Shown here: one piece after another, positions 38,060 through 45,775 of the stretch
Numbering within the stretch: position 1 is the stretch's first letter
How the letters are laid out: each line of letters starts with the position of its first letter
Source of the DNA: Flavobacteriales bacterium
GTDB taxonomy: Bacteria; Bacteroidota; Bacteroidia; Flavobacteriales_E; Vicingaceae
Assembly: GCA_016763995.1 (NCBI GenBank)
Contig: JAESST010000315.1
Span: forward strand, 1-45,775
DNA: 45,775 nt
Direction: 5' to 3'
The notes under the pieces: generated by a model
Database searches by the model: none
What the model was told of the DNA's origin: nothing
What the model saw: only the letters and a program-made list of their open reading frames with translations
Translations under genes and position numbers: made by a program

Positions 38060-38743
38060 TTAATATGCCTTACTGTCTAAAAATGAAAGATTAATTTTAG
38101 GATACTTTGTTACTATTTCCTTTCTGAAAGATTCTAAATCTTGCGTTTTTTTGATATCAGCAATAAAAGAAATTTCAGTTGCTCCCTCATTCTGGTCATA
38201 CCTTTTCAACTGAGATTTATTAAAGTGCTTTTTTACTAATAAATCAATATCACTTGCTTCTATTACTTGATCTGAACCTGAATGAATGCTGATGTATAAG
38301 TTTTGAGACTCATTCTTTCCCTGAAGAAAGAATCTTCCCCAAAGAATAAGCATGAATACTCCAAATGCGGTTAAAACAATTGGCAATTGTTCAGCACCTA
38401 GTCCTAATCCAATAGAAATAGAAAAGAAAATGAAAGCCAATTCTTCAGGTTCCTTTATTGCAGCTCTAAATCTTACTATTGATAGCGCTCCCACTAATCC
38501 TAATGATAGCGCTAATGAAGATTTAACAATCGTAATAATTAACATGGTGGTAAACGCTAATACCATAAAATTGGCAGAAAAATCTTTTCTATTAGATAAA
38601 CTCTTCGCAACCTTTTGATAAGTTAAGCCAAGTAAAAAACACAAAACAATGATCGCACAAGAATTGATTAAAAAATCAATAAGAGAAATACTGCTACTCT
38701 CAGTGATTAAAAATTTCTCAAATAGGTTCCACTTATTCTCCAT
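38060..38743 (-). CDS. DUF4956-family membrane protein
   Basis: Four or so TM helices. The signature-like segment LSLGLVGALSIVRFRAAIKEPEELAFIFFSISIGLGLGA is followed by a soluble C-terminal ~90 aa. This family is the usual partner of bacterial VTC genes, as far as I recall. Confidence 0.7.
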   Translation of the reverse strand: MENKWNLFEKFLITESSSISLIDFLINSCAIIVLCFLLGLTYQKVAKSLSNRKDFSANFMVLAFTTMLIITIVKSSLALSLGLVGALSIVRFRAAIKEPEELAFIFFSISIGLGLGAEQLPIVLTAFGVFMLILWGRFFLQGKNESQNLYISIHSGSDQVIEASDIDLLVKKHFNKSQLKRYDQNEGATEISFIADIKKTQDLESFRKEIVTKYPKINLSFLDSKAY

Positions 38744-38836
38744 TTTTCTAGCTTAAAAATTAGGAGCATAAAATTACACTATTAAAGTAATGTTATGGAG
38801 ACTTATTTAGTGTTAAATATTGGGTCTTTTGGTCTT

Positions 38837-39457
38837 TTATTTTTTTTCGATTTGGGCTTTTTCTAGGATTGTAATTGCATCTTGTATTGATTTAAAACCT
38901 TGAGATTTTATTTTGTTAGGGCCTTTATAGTTGCTGAACCATGTTTCAATAATTTCAAGAATACCTGGATATTTTAGTTTTAAATCTTCTAGTGTTTTTA
39001 TGTTACTTAAAGTACTGTTCTTACTGATAGCAATTAGTTTGTCATCTTGTTCGCCTCTATCCAGTAACTTAAGAACACCGATGATCCTACATTAGATTAA
39101 TTCTCCTGATTGTGCTACCGGCCCAATTGAAAGAATGTCAAGCGGATCCCCATCTCCACCTTTATCTAATGGTAATAATGTATTAGGAATCATTCCATAG
39201 TTGGCAGGGTAACCTAAATATTGAATGAACCTTGGTTTTCCATCTATAGAATCCATCTCTATCAAGCCATTCTGCTTATTCAATTCAAACTTCTTAATGC
39301 TTCCAGCAGGGATTTCAACAAGCATATCCACCCAAAGCTCTTCCTCAGCTAGTTCTGTATTGTTGGTAGGCAAAGATTGTTTTTTTTGTGTATCGGAACA
39401 AGCATTAATTAATAAGAGACTAGCAATCGTTACTAGTAAGTATGCATATATTTTCAT
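38837..39457 (-). pseudogene. ppa: family I inorganic pyrophosphatase with lipoprotein signal peptide, interrupted by an in-frame TAA
   Basis: MKIYAYLLVTIASLLLINAC is a lipobox. EIPAGSIKKFELNK, YPANYGMIPNT and the signature DGDPLDI follow, then ...SGELI-TAA(39092-39094). The same frame continues CRIIGVLKLLDRGEQDDKLIAI...ETWFSNYKG to TAA at 38837, the conserved C-terminal half of PPases. Confidence 0.7.
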
Positions 39458-39545
39458 GATAATAATTTGCTGTAAAAATAAAGAGAACATTTTTTTTGTT
39501 AAAATTGAAACCTAACTTAAAACCATCCGTATTGCTTTTGTTAAA

Positions 39546-39571
39546 TATTTATTATGCATGCATAATAAATA
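39546..39571. promoter_or_regulatory. perfect 26-bp palindrome TATTTATTATGCATGCATAATAAATA in a divergent intergenic region
   Basis: I checked by hand that the sequence equals its own reverse complement. It lies between the ppa-like start (39457, minus) and the 132-aa ORF start (39581, plus). Confidence 0.4.
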
Positions 39572-39580
39572 ATAATATAT

Positions 39581-39979
39581 ATGCTTATGGTAGTGACAGA
39601 TGTCATAGAAACAAGATGTTGTTTTATCAATAAAATTGATGAAGCACAAAATATACTTCGCATAGAGCCTAAGAGAGACATAGAAGTCGAATTAGATGAC
39701 ATTGCGGATATTGATAATGCTTACAAGCACCTCTTAAACAATGAGAGAGGGAAATTTTTAGTCGTTTTTTCTGAGGATTGTTCTTCAAATAAAGAGATGA
39801 AGGAAAAGTTAGCAAGTAAAGAACGTTCTGAAATTAAAAAGGCAGAAGCTTTGGTAATTAAATCTTTAGCACATCGCCTAGAAGCTAATTTCTACATTCG
39901 ACATTTTAAACCTCAGCATCCGATAGCTGTTTTTACTTCTGAAATGAAGGGGATTGAATGGTTAAAGACAATCAATTAA
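39581..39979 (+). CDS. small hypothetical protein (possibly STAS/SpoIIAA-like fold)
   Basis: 132-aa ORF with no TM. The alternating beta/alpha-like pattern resembles STAS-type small domains, but I recognise no diagnostic motif. Confidence 0.35.
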   Translation: MLMVVTDVIETRCCFINKIDEAQNILRIEPKRDIEVELDDIADIDNAYKHLLNNERGKFLVVFSEDCSSNKEMKEKLASKERSEIKKAEALVIKSLAHRLEANFYIRHFKPQHPIAVFTSEMKGIEWLKTIN

Positions 39980-40009
39980 TGTAACTTGCCTCACTTAAAA
40001 GAAGTAGAG

Positions 40010-41020
40010 ATGAGTGAGACTGAGTTAAAATATTTAATCGAGCAGCTACCAAAGGCTGAATTACATTTGCATCTAGAAGGTTCATTCGAACCTGAATTGA
40101 TGTTTGAAATAGCAAAACGAAATCAACTTAAAATTAAGTTTGAGTCAGTTGAAGAAGTAAAGGAAGCTTATAAATTCAATAATCTTCAAGAGTTTTTAGA
40201 CATTTACTATGAAGGGGCCGGAGTACTATTAAAAGAACAAGACTTTTTTGATTTAACTTGGGCTTATTTGACGAAAGTACATTCCCAAAATGTAGTTCAT
40301 GTTGAGGTGTTTTTTGATCCTCAAACGCATACAGAAAGAGGCGTTCCTTTTGAAACGGTTCTTTTAGGGATTTACAAAGCATTGGAAAAAGGGCAACATG
40401 ATTTGAATATTTCGTTTTGCTTAATTATGTCTTACTTGAGGCACCTAAGCGAAGAGTCTGCTTTTAAAACATTAGAACAATCTCTAGCTTTTAAAGATTT
40501 AATTGATGGGATTGGATTGGATTCTTCAGAAGTTGGAAATCCACCTGAAAAATTTGAGAAAGTATTTAAAGCCTCTGCTGAAGCAGGCTATAAATTGTGC
40601 GCCCATGCCGGTGAAGAAGGACCTGCTTCCTATATTTGGGGGGCATTAGATCTCTTAAAGGTTGACAGAATAGACCATGGTAATCGTTGTTTAGAAGACG
40701 AAGCATTAGTTGAGCGATTGGCAGAAGAGCAAATGCCTCTCACCTTATGTCCCCTTTCTAATTTAGAATTGAAAGTAATTGATCGACTAGAAGATTATCC
40801 ATTAAGAGAGATGATGAAGAAAGGTCTTTTAGTTACCTTAAATTCTGACGACCCCTCTTATTTTGGTGGATATATGAATGAAAATTTCATACAAACGGCT
40901 TTGGCAATTAAGCTCTCAAGAGATGAAATTATCACCTTAGCAAAAAATGCTTTTGATGCTTCTTGGTTGACCGAAGAAGAAAAACTGAAGAGAAAAGAAG
41001 AGATTGATGAAATGAGATAA
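40010..41020 (+). CDS. add: adenosine/adenine deaminase (Add family)
   Basis: I prefer the ATG at 40010 (MSETELKYL). PKAELHLHLEGS is the metal-binding motif. CAHAGE, DRIDHG and SLNSDDP-type (TLNSDDPSYFG) motifs are present. Confidence 0.9.
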   Translation: MSETELKYLIEQLPKAELHLHLEGSFEPELMFEIAKRNQLKIKFESVEEVKEAYKFNNLQEFLDIYYEGAGVLLKEQDFFDLTWAYLTKVHSQNVVHVEVFFDPQTHTERGVPFETVLLGIYKALEKGQHDLNISFCLIMSYLRHLSEESAFKTLEQSLAFKDLIDGIGLDSSEVGNPPEKFEKVFKASAEAGYKLCAHAGEEGPASYIWGALDLLKVDRIDHGNRCLEDEALVERLAEEQMPLTLCPLSNLELKVIDRLEDYPLREMMKKGLLVTLNSDDPSYFGGYMNENFIQTALAIKLSRDEIITLAKNAFDASWLTEEEKLKRKEEIDEMR

Positions 41021-41063
41021 AAATTTCGACAGACTTGGGTAACCTTTGTCAAATAGCTATCTT

Positions 41064-41112
41064 GAAGGCTTCTAAAAAATTCTATTATGAAATTAAGAAG
41101 CCTTCTTTTTTT
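41064..41112 (+). terminator. hairpin plus T7 tract after add; the loop contains the start codon of the next gene
   Basis: GAAGGCTTCT (41064-41073) is the exact reverse complement of AGAAGCCTTC (41096-41105), followed by T7 (41106-41112). The ATG at 41087 lies in the 22-nt loop. Confidence 0.45.
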
Positions 41113-44100
41113 GTTCTGCATCGTTCTTTTTTTAGCCAGCTGTGGCGATAAAAAAGAAGCTCCTGAACGAATCGATCCAGGGTTTACAAATCACATTAGT
41201 GGTTTTACAGCAGGTGTAGTTTCTAATCAAGCTAGAATTAGAATTCGATTAACGGAGCCTGTCTCCTCAGCTGTAGTAGGAGAAGAAGTAGACGAATCGT
41301 TATTTGATTTTTCTCCTAATATAGACGGAAAAACAATTTGGATTGATAACAAGGTCATTGAATTTCAACCAAACGAAAGGCTGCCTTCTGGAACCATTTA
41401 CGATGTAGAATTTGAATTGGGAAAACTCAAAGATGTTCCCTCTAAGTTAGAAACTTTCGAATTTAGATTCCAAACCATTACACAAGGAATCTTTGTTGTG
41501 TTTGAATCGATGAAAGCTTACGATGATAATCATTTGGAATGGCAGCAACTTTCAGGCAGTATACAAACCAACGATTATGCAGATTTAGATGCACTTCAAA
41601 AAACCTTAGAAGCAAGCCAAAACGGAAAAGAATTGACCTTGAGTTGGGAATTTGATGCGTCAGGTTTATCGCATCATTTTGAAGTAGATAGTGTAAGTAG
41701 AGGAGAGAAAGAGGGAAAAGTAATTCTTTTTTGGAGTGGTGAGGAAATAGATGCAGAGACAGAAGGTGAAGAAGTAATCGTTATTCCTGCCCTAGGCGAT
41801 TTCAAGGTGATGAGTGTAACAGTTGAGCAGCTGCCAAAGCAAACCATTACCGTTAATTTTTCTGATCCTATTAATCATTCCCAAAACCTAAATGGCTTAA
41901 TTTTTTCAGATGGAGGAGAGAAATTTAGGCTTCGAAAAGAAGGAAATACGGTTTATCTATATCCATCCAATGACCTTTTTGGCACTCGGAAATTAACCGT
42001 TTCTAAAAGCATTAAAAACACATCTGATTATCCATTGTCAGAGGAGTTTAGTAAGAGCATCGTATTTAACAACACCAAGCCAGAAATTGCCTTTGTGGGC
42101 AGTGGGAACATTTTACCATCTATGGATGGATTCAAATTGCCCATTAAAGCAGTTAATCTTAGTGGCGTTAATGTAAGAGTGATCAAAGTATTTGAAGATA
42201 AGGTATTGCAGTTTTTCCAAGTGAATGACCAAAATGGGGAAAGCGAAATGAAACGAGTGGGAAGGCTCATTGCTAAAGAATCTATTTCCTTTTTAAGCGA
42301 CAAAAAAATCAATTTTGCCACTTGGAACACTTTTAACTTAGACCTTACAGATATGGTGAAGGTAGAACCCGGAGCTATTTACAGAATCACCCTAAGTTTT
42401 GATCAAAGTCAGTCACTTTACCCTTGCGATAGTAGCGAAGAAGTAAGTTCTAACTATAACATTACAGACAAAGAGTTAGCTTGGTACGATACACCACTTA
42501 ATTATTACTACGATTATTATCCAGATTATGAATATGACCCGGATTATAATTACAAGGATCAAGATAATCCATGTAAAGCTTCTTTTTACTCGAGGAGAAA
42601 GCACTCTGTTACCAGAAATATTCTAGCATCAAATATTGGAATCATTGCAAAAAGCGGCAATGAAACTGAATTTAAAGTAGCTATTACAGACTTAAAAACG
42701 ACAAAGCCTATTTCAGGAGCTGAGGTAGAATTATTCAATTTTCAAGGACAAAAAACCACTTCTGTTTCAACCGATGGAGAAGGTTTTGCTTCTATTGATT
42801 TGAAAGGAAGCCCTTTCTTATTAGTAGCAAGTCATAACAATCAAAAAGGATATTTGAGAGTAGATGATGGTTCTGCCTTATCATTAAGTATGTTCGATGT
42901 GGGTGGTGAACGAAATACCAAAGGAGTGAAAGGATTCATTTATGGAGAAAGAGGCGTTTGGAGACCGGGAGATTCCTTGTTTTTAAGTTTTATCTTAGAA
43001 GATAAGAATCAATCATTACCCGAAGATCATCCTGTGATTTTTGAATTATATACTCCCGGTAATCAGTTGTTCCAAAGAATGGTAAAAACGAAGGGGCTCA
43101 ATGGTTTTTACGATCTACGAACTGCAACATCAAGCTCTTCTCCAACAGGAAATTGGCAAGCAAAAGTGAAAGTTGGAAACTCAATATTCAGGAAGAGATT
43201 GAAAATAGAAGCGGTTAAACCTAACAGACTAAAAATAAAGATTGAATTTGATGAAGAAATATTGTCTAGAGGCAATACGAACGGAACATTAAGCGCAAAG
43301 TGGTTACATGGAGCAGATGCAGACGACTTAAGAGCAACGATGGAAATGAACCTGAGCAGTGGAAATACGAGCTTTAAGGGACATCCTGATTATCATTTTG
43401 ACGATCCATCCAAAAGCTTCTCAACTGATGAAGAGATGGTATTTGATGGAAATTTAAGTTCCATTGGAGAAACATCAGTTTCTCCTGATATTTTAGTTGC
43501 AGAAGGGGCTCCGGGTATGTTGAATGCATCTTTCAAGACAAGGGTGTTTGAAAAAGGAGGAGATTTTAGTGTAGATCGTTTTAGAGTAAAGTATTCTCCT
43601 TATGATAGCTACGTCGGGGTGAAAATTCCAAAGGGAAAAGGATGGAACGATGCCTTGTATTCTAATGAGCCGAACTTGTTACCAATTGTTACTTTGGATG
43701 AAAAGGGGAATCCGGTAGACCGGAAAAACCTAAAGATTGAAATCTTTGACATCTATTGGAGATGGTGGTGGGAAAGAGGAGATGGAGATGATCTTGCTCG
43801 ATACGTCAGTAACAAAAGCCGATACCTGATTAAATCGGAAACTATTTCTACCAAGGGTGGAAAAGCACTATATCAAATGGAGTTCAATGAAAATCATTGG
43901 GGTAGGAAAATGATCCGAATTACTGATCCTGTTACAGGGCATTCTACAGGAGCTACCTTTTACTTGACCTATAAAGGATGGTGGAATAGCAACAGCGGCA
44001 ACAATCCAGGTGGAGCAGAGATGTTAAGTTTTGCGACGGATAAAAAGAAATACCAAGTAGGAGAGCAAGTAAAATTAGAATTGCCAGACTTAAAAGAAGG

Positions 44101-45775
44101 TCGAGTATTGGTGAGTATAGAAACGGGCTCTAAAATTATCTCCACGTTTTGGAAAGAAGCCTCAGAAATTTCTGACGGAATTACTTTCGAAACCACGGAC
44201 GAGATGGCTCCGAATGTATATGCTCATTTAACTTTAATACAAGCGCATGCATCAACGGCGAACGATTTGCCAATTCGAATGTATGGAGTACAAAACATTG
44301 AAGTGGAAGCGGCAAGTACGCACTTGAATCCGGTATTAGAAATGCCAGACGAATTGGCCCCAGAGCAAAAAGTGAAGCTAAATGTGTCAGAAAAGGATGG
44401 AAAAGCAATGACCTACACAGTGGCAGTTGTGGACGAAGGGCTATTAGATTTAACGCGTTTTCAAACCCCAGATCCTTGGCCTAATTTCTACAAAAGAGAA
44501 GCCTTAGGAATAAAGACTTGGGATTTGTATCAATATGTGATGGGAGCTTTCAGCGGAGAAATTTCCGGATTATTAGCCTTTGGAGGAGATGGGAATCTGA
44601 AAGGAAAAGATGGAACAAAAGCCAATCGTTTTAAACCTGTTGTCACATTTTTAGGCCCTTTTGAATTAGAAGAAGGAGATAATAATGATCATGAATTTAC
44701 CATGCCAAATTATGTGGGTTCTGTTAGAACGATGGTAATTGCAGGAAACCAAGGCGCATATGGATCAACTGATAAAGCAACACCAGTAAAGAAAGCTTTA
44801 ATGGTGTTGGCGACTCTACCACGAGTAGTGAGTCCTTCAGAAAAGTTAAAGTTGCCCGTTACTGTTTTTGCAATGGATGAAAAGATCAGCAATGTAAAAG
44901 TGACTGTAGAAGCGAACGAATTTTTCTCACTTCCTGAAAAGCAGAAAACAATCAACTTTTCTAAAGTAGGAGATCAGGTGTTATTTTTTGACATTATCGT
45001 AAAAGAAAAGATCGGTGTTGGAAAGGTGAAAGTAACTGTTGAAGGCAAAGGAGAAAAAGCAACGCACGAAATTGAAATTGGAATTCGATTGCCGAACCCT
45101 GAAATAGATAAAACTCTTAGCGATGTAGTAGAAAATGGACAAACTTGGTCGAGTGACTATCAACCGATAGGAATTGAAGGGACCAACAAAGGAGCGATTG
45201 AAGTTTCTATTATACCGCCGCTGAACTTGGAAAGAAGACTCGATTATTTGATCCGATATCCACACGGTTGTATCGAGCAAACGACTTCTTCTGTATTTCC
45301 TCAGTTGTTCTTAACTGATTTAGTGAAACTAAGTGCTGATAGAACCAAGGAAATACAAAGCAACATCTCCAATGGATTAAAACGAATTCGGACCTTCCAA
45401 TTGAACAACGGTGGCTTTTCGTATTGGCCTGGGGGTTATGAAGCAAGTACTTGGGGGACCAACTATGCAGGACATTTTGTGGTAGAAGCCAAAAATAAAG
45501 GCTATGCTATTCCTACAGGGATGTTTGACGATTGGGTTAAATTTCAGACAAAAGCCGCCAATGCTTGGGCAAGTGTAAAGAACTCTTACAACTCTAGAGG
45601 ATACAGATACGGCAGAGAGTTAGAGCAAGCCTATCGGTTGTATGCTTTGGCTTTGGCCGGGAAGTCAGCGATGGGAGCTATGAATCGTTTGAGAGAACAA
45701 GCTACTTTGAGTCAATCTGCAAAATGGCGCTTAGCCGCAGCCTATGTACTGTCTAATAAAATGGACGTTGCCAAA
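41087..45775 (+). CDS. alpha-2-macroglobulin-family lipoprotein (bacterial A2M, YfhM-like), 3'-truncated by the window edge
   Basis: Lipoprotein signal MKLRSLLFLFCIVLFLASCGD. Frame 2 is open from 41087 to the window end (1563 codons), and no + strand stop-terminated ORF is listed there. The thioester motif YPHGCIEQT lies at 45257-45283. Only antisense shadow ORFs appear on the minus strand. Confidence 0.9.
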   Translation, partial: MKLRSLLFLFCIVLFLASCGDKKEAPERIDPGFTNHISGFTAGVVSNQARIRIRLTEPVSSAVVGEEVDESLFDFSPNIDGKTIWIDNKVIEFQPNERLPSGTIYDVEFELGKLKDVPSKLETFEFRFQTITQGIFVVFESMKAYDDNHLEWQQLSGSIQTNDYADLDALQKTLEASQNGKELTLSWEFDASGLSHHFEVDSVSRGEKEGKVILFWSGEEIDAETEGEEVIVIPALGDFKVMSVTVEQLPKQTITVNFSDPINHSQNLNGLIFSDGGEKFRLRKEGNTVYLYPSNDLFGTRKLTVSKSIKNTSDYPLSEEFSKSIVFNNTKPEIAFVGSGNILPSMDGFKLPIKAVNLSGVNVRVIKVFEDKVLQFFQVNDQNGESEMKRVGRLIAKESISFLSDKKINFATWNTFNLDLTDMVKVEPGAIYRITLSFDQSQSLYPCDSSEEVSSNYNITDKELAWYDTPLNYYYDYYPDYEYDPDYNYKDQDNPCKASFYSRRKHSVTRNILASNIGIIAKSGNETEFKVAITDLKTTKPISGAEVELFNFQGQKTTSVSTDGEGFASIDLKGSPFLLVASHNNQKGYLRVDDGSALSLSMFDVGGERNTKGVKGFIYGERGVWRPGDSLFLSFILEDKNQSLPEDHPVIFELYTPGNQLFQRMVKTKGLNGFYDLRTATSSSSPTGNWQAKVKVGNSIFRKRLKIEAVKPNRLKIKIEFDEEILSRGNTNGTLSAKWLHGADADDLRATMEMNLSSGNTSFKGHPDYHFDDPSKSFSTDEEMVFDGNLSSIGETSVSPDILVAEGAPGMLNASFKTRVFEKGGDFSVDRFRVKYSPYDSYVGVKIPKGKGWNDALYSNEPNLLPIVTLDEKGNPVDRKNLKIEIFDIYWRWWWERGDGDDLARYVSNKSRYLIKSETISTKGGKALYQMEFNENHWGRKMIRITDPVTGHSTGATFYLTYKGWWNSNSGNNPGGAEMLSFATDKKKYQVGEQVKLELPDLKEGRVLVSIETGSKIISTFWKEASEISDGITFETTDEMAPNVYAHLTLIQAHASTANDLPIRMYGVQNIEVEAASTHLNPVLEMPDELAPEQKVKLNVSEKDGKAMTYTVAVVDEGLLDLTRFQTPDPWPNFYKREALGIKTWDLYQYVMGAFSGEISGLLAFGGDGNLKGKDGTKANRFKPVVTFLGPFELEEGDNNDHEFTMPNYVGSVRTMVIAGNQGAYGSTDKATPVKKALMVLATLPRVVSPSEKLKLPVTVFAMDEKISNVKVTVEANEFFSLPEKQKTINFSKVGDQVLFFDIIVKEKIGVGKVKVTVEGKGEKATHEIEIGIRLPNPEIDKTLSDVVENGQTWSSDYQPIGIEGTNKGAIEVSIIPPLNLERRLDYLIRYPHGCIEQTTSSVFPQLFLTDLVKLSADRTKEIQSNISNGLKRIRTFQLNNGGFSYWPGGYEASTWGTNYAGHFVVEAKNKGYAIPTGMFDDWVKFQTKAANAWASVKNSYNSRGYRYGRELEQAYRLYALALAGKSAMGAMNRLREQATLSQSAKWRLAAAYVLSNKMDVAK

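Noticed and set aside
38837-39504. Stop-codon reassignment or programmed readthrough as the explanation for the in-frame TAA (ppa-like gene) and the in-frame TAG at 9502 (repressor).
   Set aside because: All well-supported genes in the window terminate normally at TAA or TAG at the expected protein lengths. Pseudogenisation or sequence error is far more parsimonious.
1-45775. A search by eye for tRNA/rRNA genes, CRISPR repeat arrays, transposases, integrases and riboswitch-like leaders (purine upstream of purK/hpt, fluoride upstream of crcB).
   Set aside because: I recognised no T-loop/acceptor-like tRNA signatures, no regularly spaced direct repeats and no recombinase motifs. Intergenic leaders are too short or lack conserved riboswitch cores. 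A covariance-model scan would be needed to exclude small ncRNAs formally.

Overview
AT-rich (roughly one-third GC by eye) chromosomal window that looks Bacteroidota-like (Flavobacteriia/Cytophagia type). Evidence for that: TAnnTTTG-type promoter boxes, many lipoprotein and TPR proteins, and hpt-adk-obg synteny. I support about 37 protein-coding genes or pseudogenes. I could not recognise any rRNA, tRNA, CRISPR array, transposase or integrase. Layout: (1) 1-5992, the end of a polysaccharide/capsule locus (Gfo/Idh/MocA oxidoreductase, unknown 394-aa protein, DUF354, sugar-phosphate transferase, Wzi-like OM protein), with a convergent transmembrane TPR-LuxR regulator. (2) 7657-10283, a gene-decay patch holding an RHS/YD-repeat core remnant and a CI/LexA-like HTH-S24 repressor. 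The repressor is broken by an amber stop plus a frameshift and is preceded by a perfect 17-bp inverted repeat. (3) 10284-21578, housekeeping genes: GT-C-like membrane protein, PLP dehydratase, purE, purK, an in-frame hpt-adk fusion ORF, RR-PAS-PP2C phosphatase, and an obg-PAP2-crcB-alkaline phosphatase operon. (4) 21637-25008, an orphan locus: two large all-helical proteins of unknown function flank a ~250-bp tandem duplication. The duplication carries two unannotated 52/55-aa peptide genes, a strong terminator and a recurring GGACA motif. (5) 25283-34278, Trk K+ uptake, YceI, dinB, sucD, YdcF, hemY and hemN. (6) 34317-39457, a tight DUF4956 / VTC (polyphosphate-polymerase-like) / CotH-kinase-like lipoprotein operon. 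It is preceded by an exported family-I pyrophosphatase gene with an in-frame TAA. (7) A STAS-like small ORF, adenosine deaminase, and a 3'-truncated alpha-2-macroglobulin lipoprotein with an intact CIEQ thioester motif. The best candidates for undescribed biology are the VTC/DUF4956/CotH(+PPase) module and the tandem-peptide/helical-protein locus. All functional calls come from motif recognition by eye; no searches were run.
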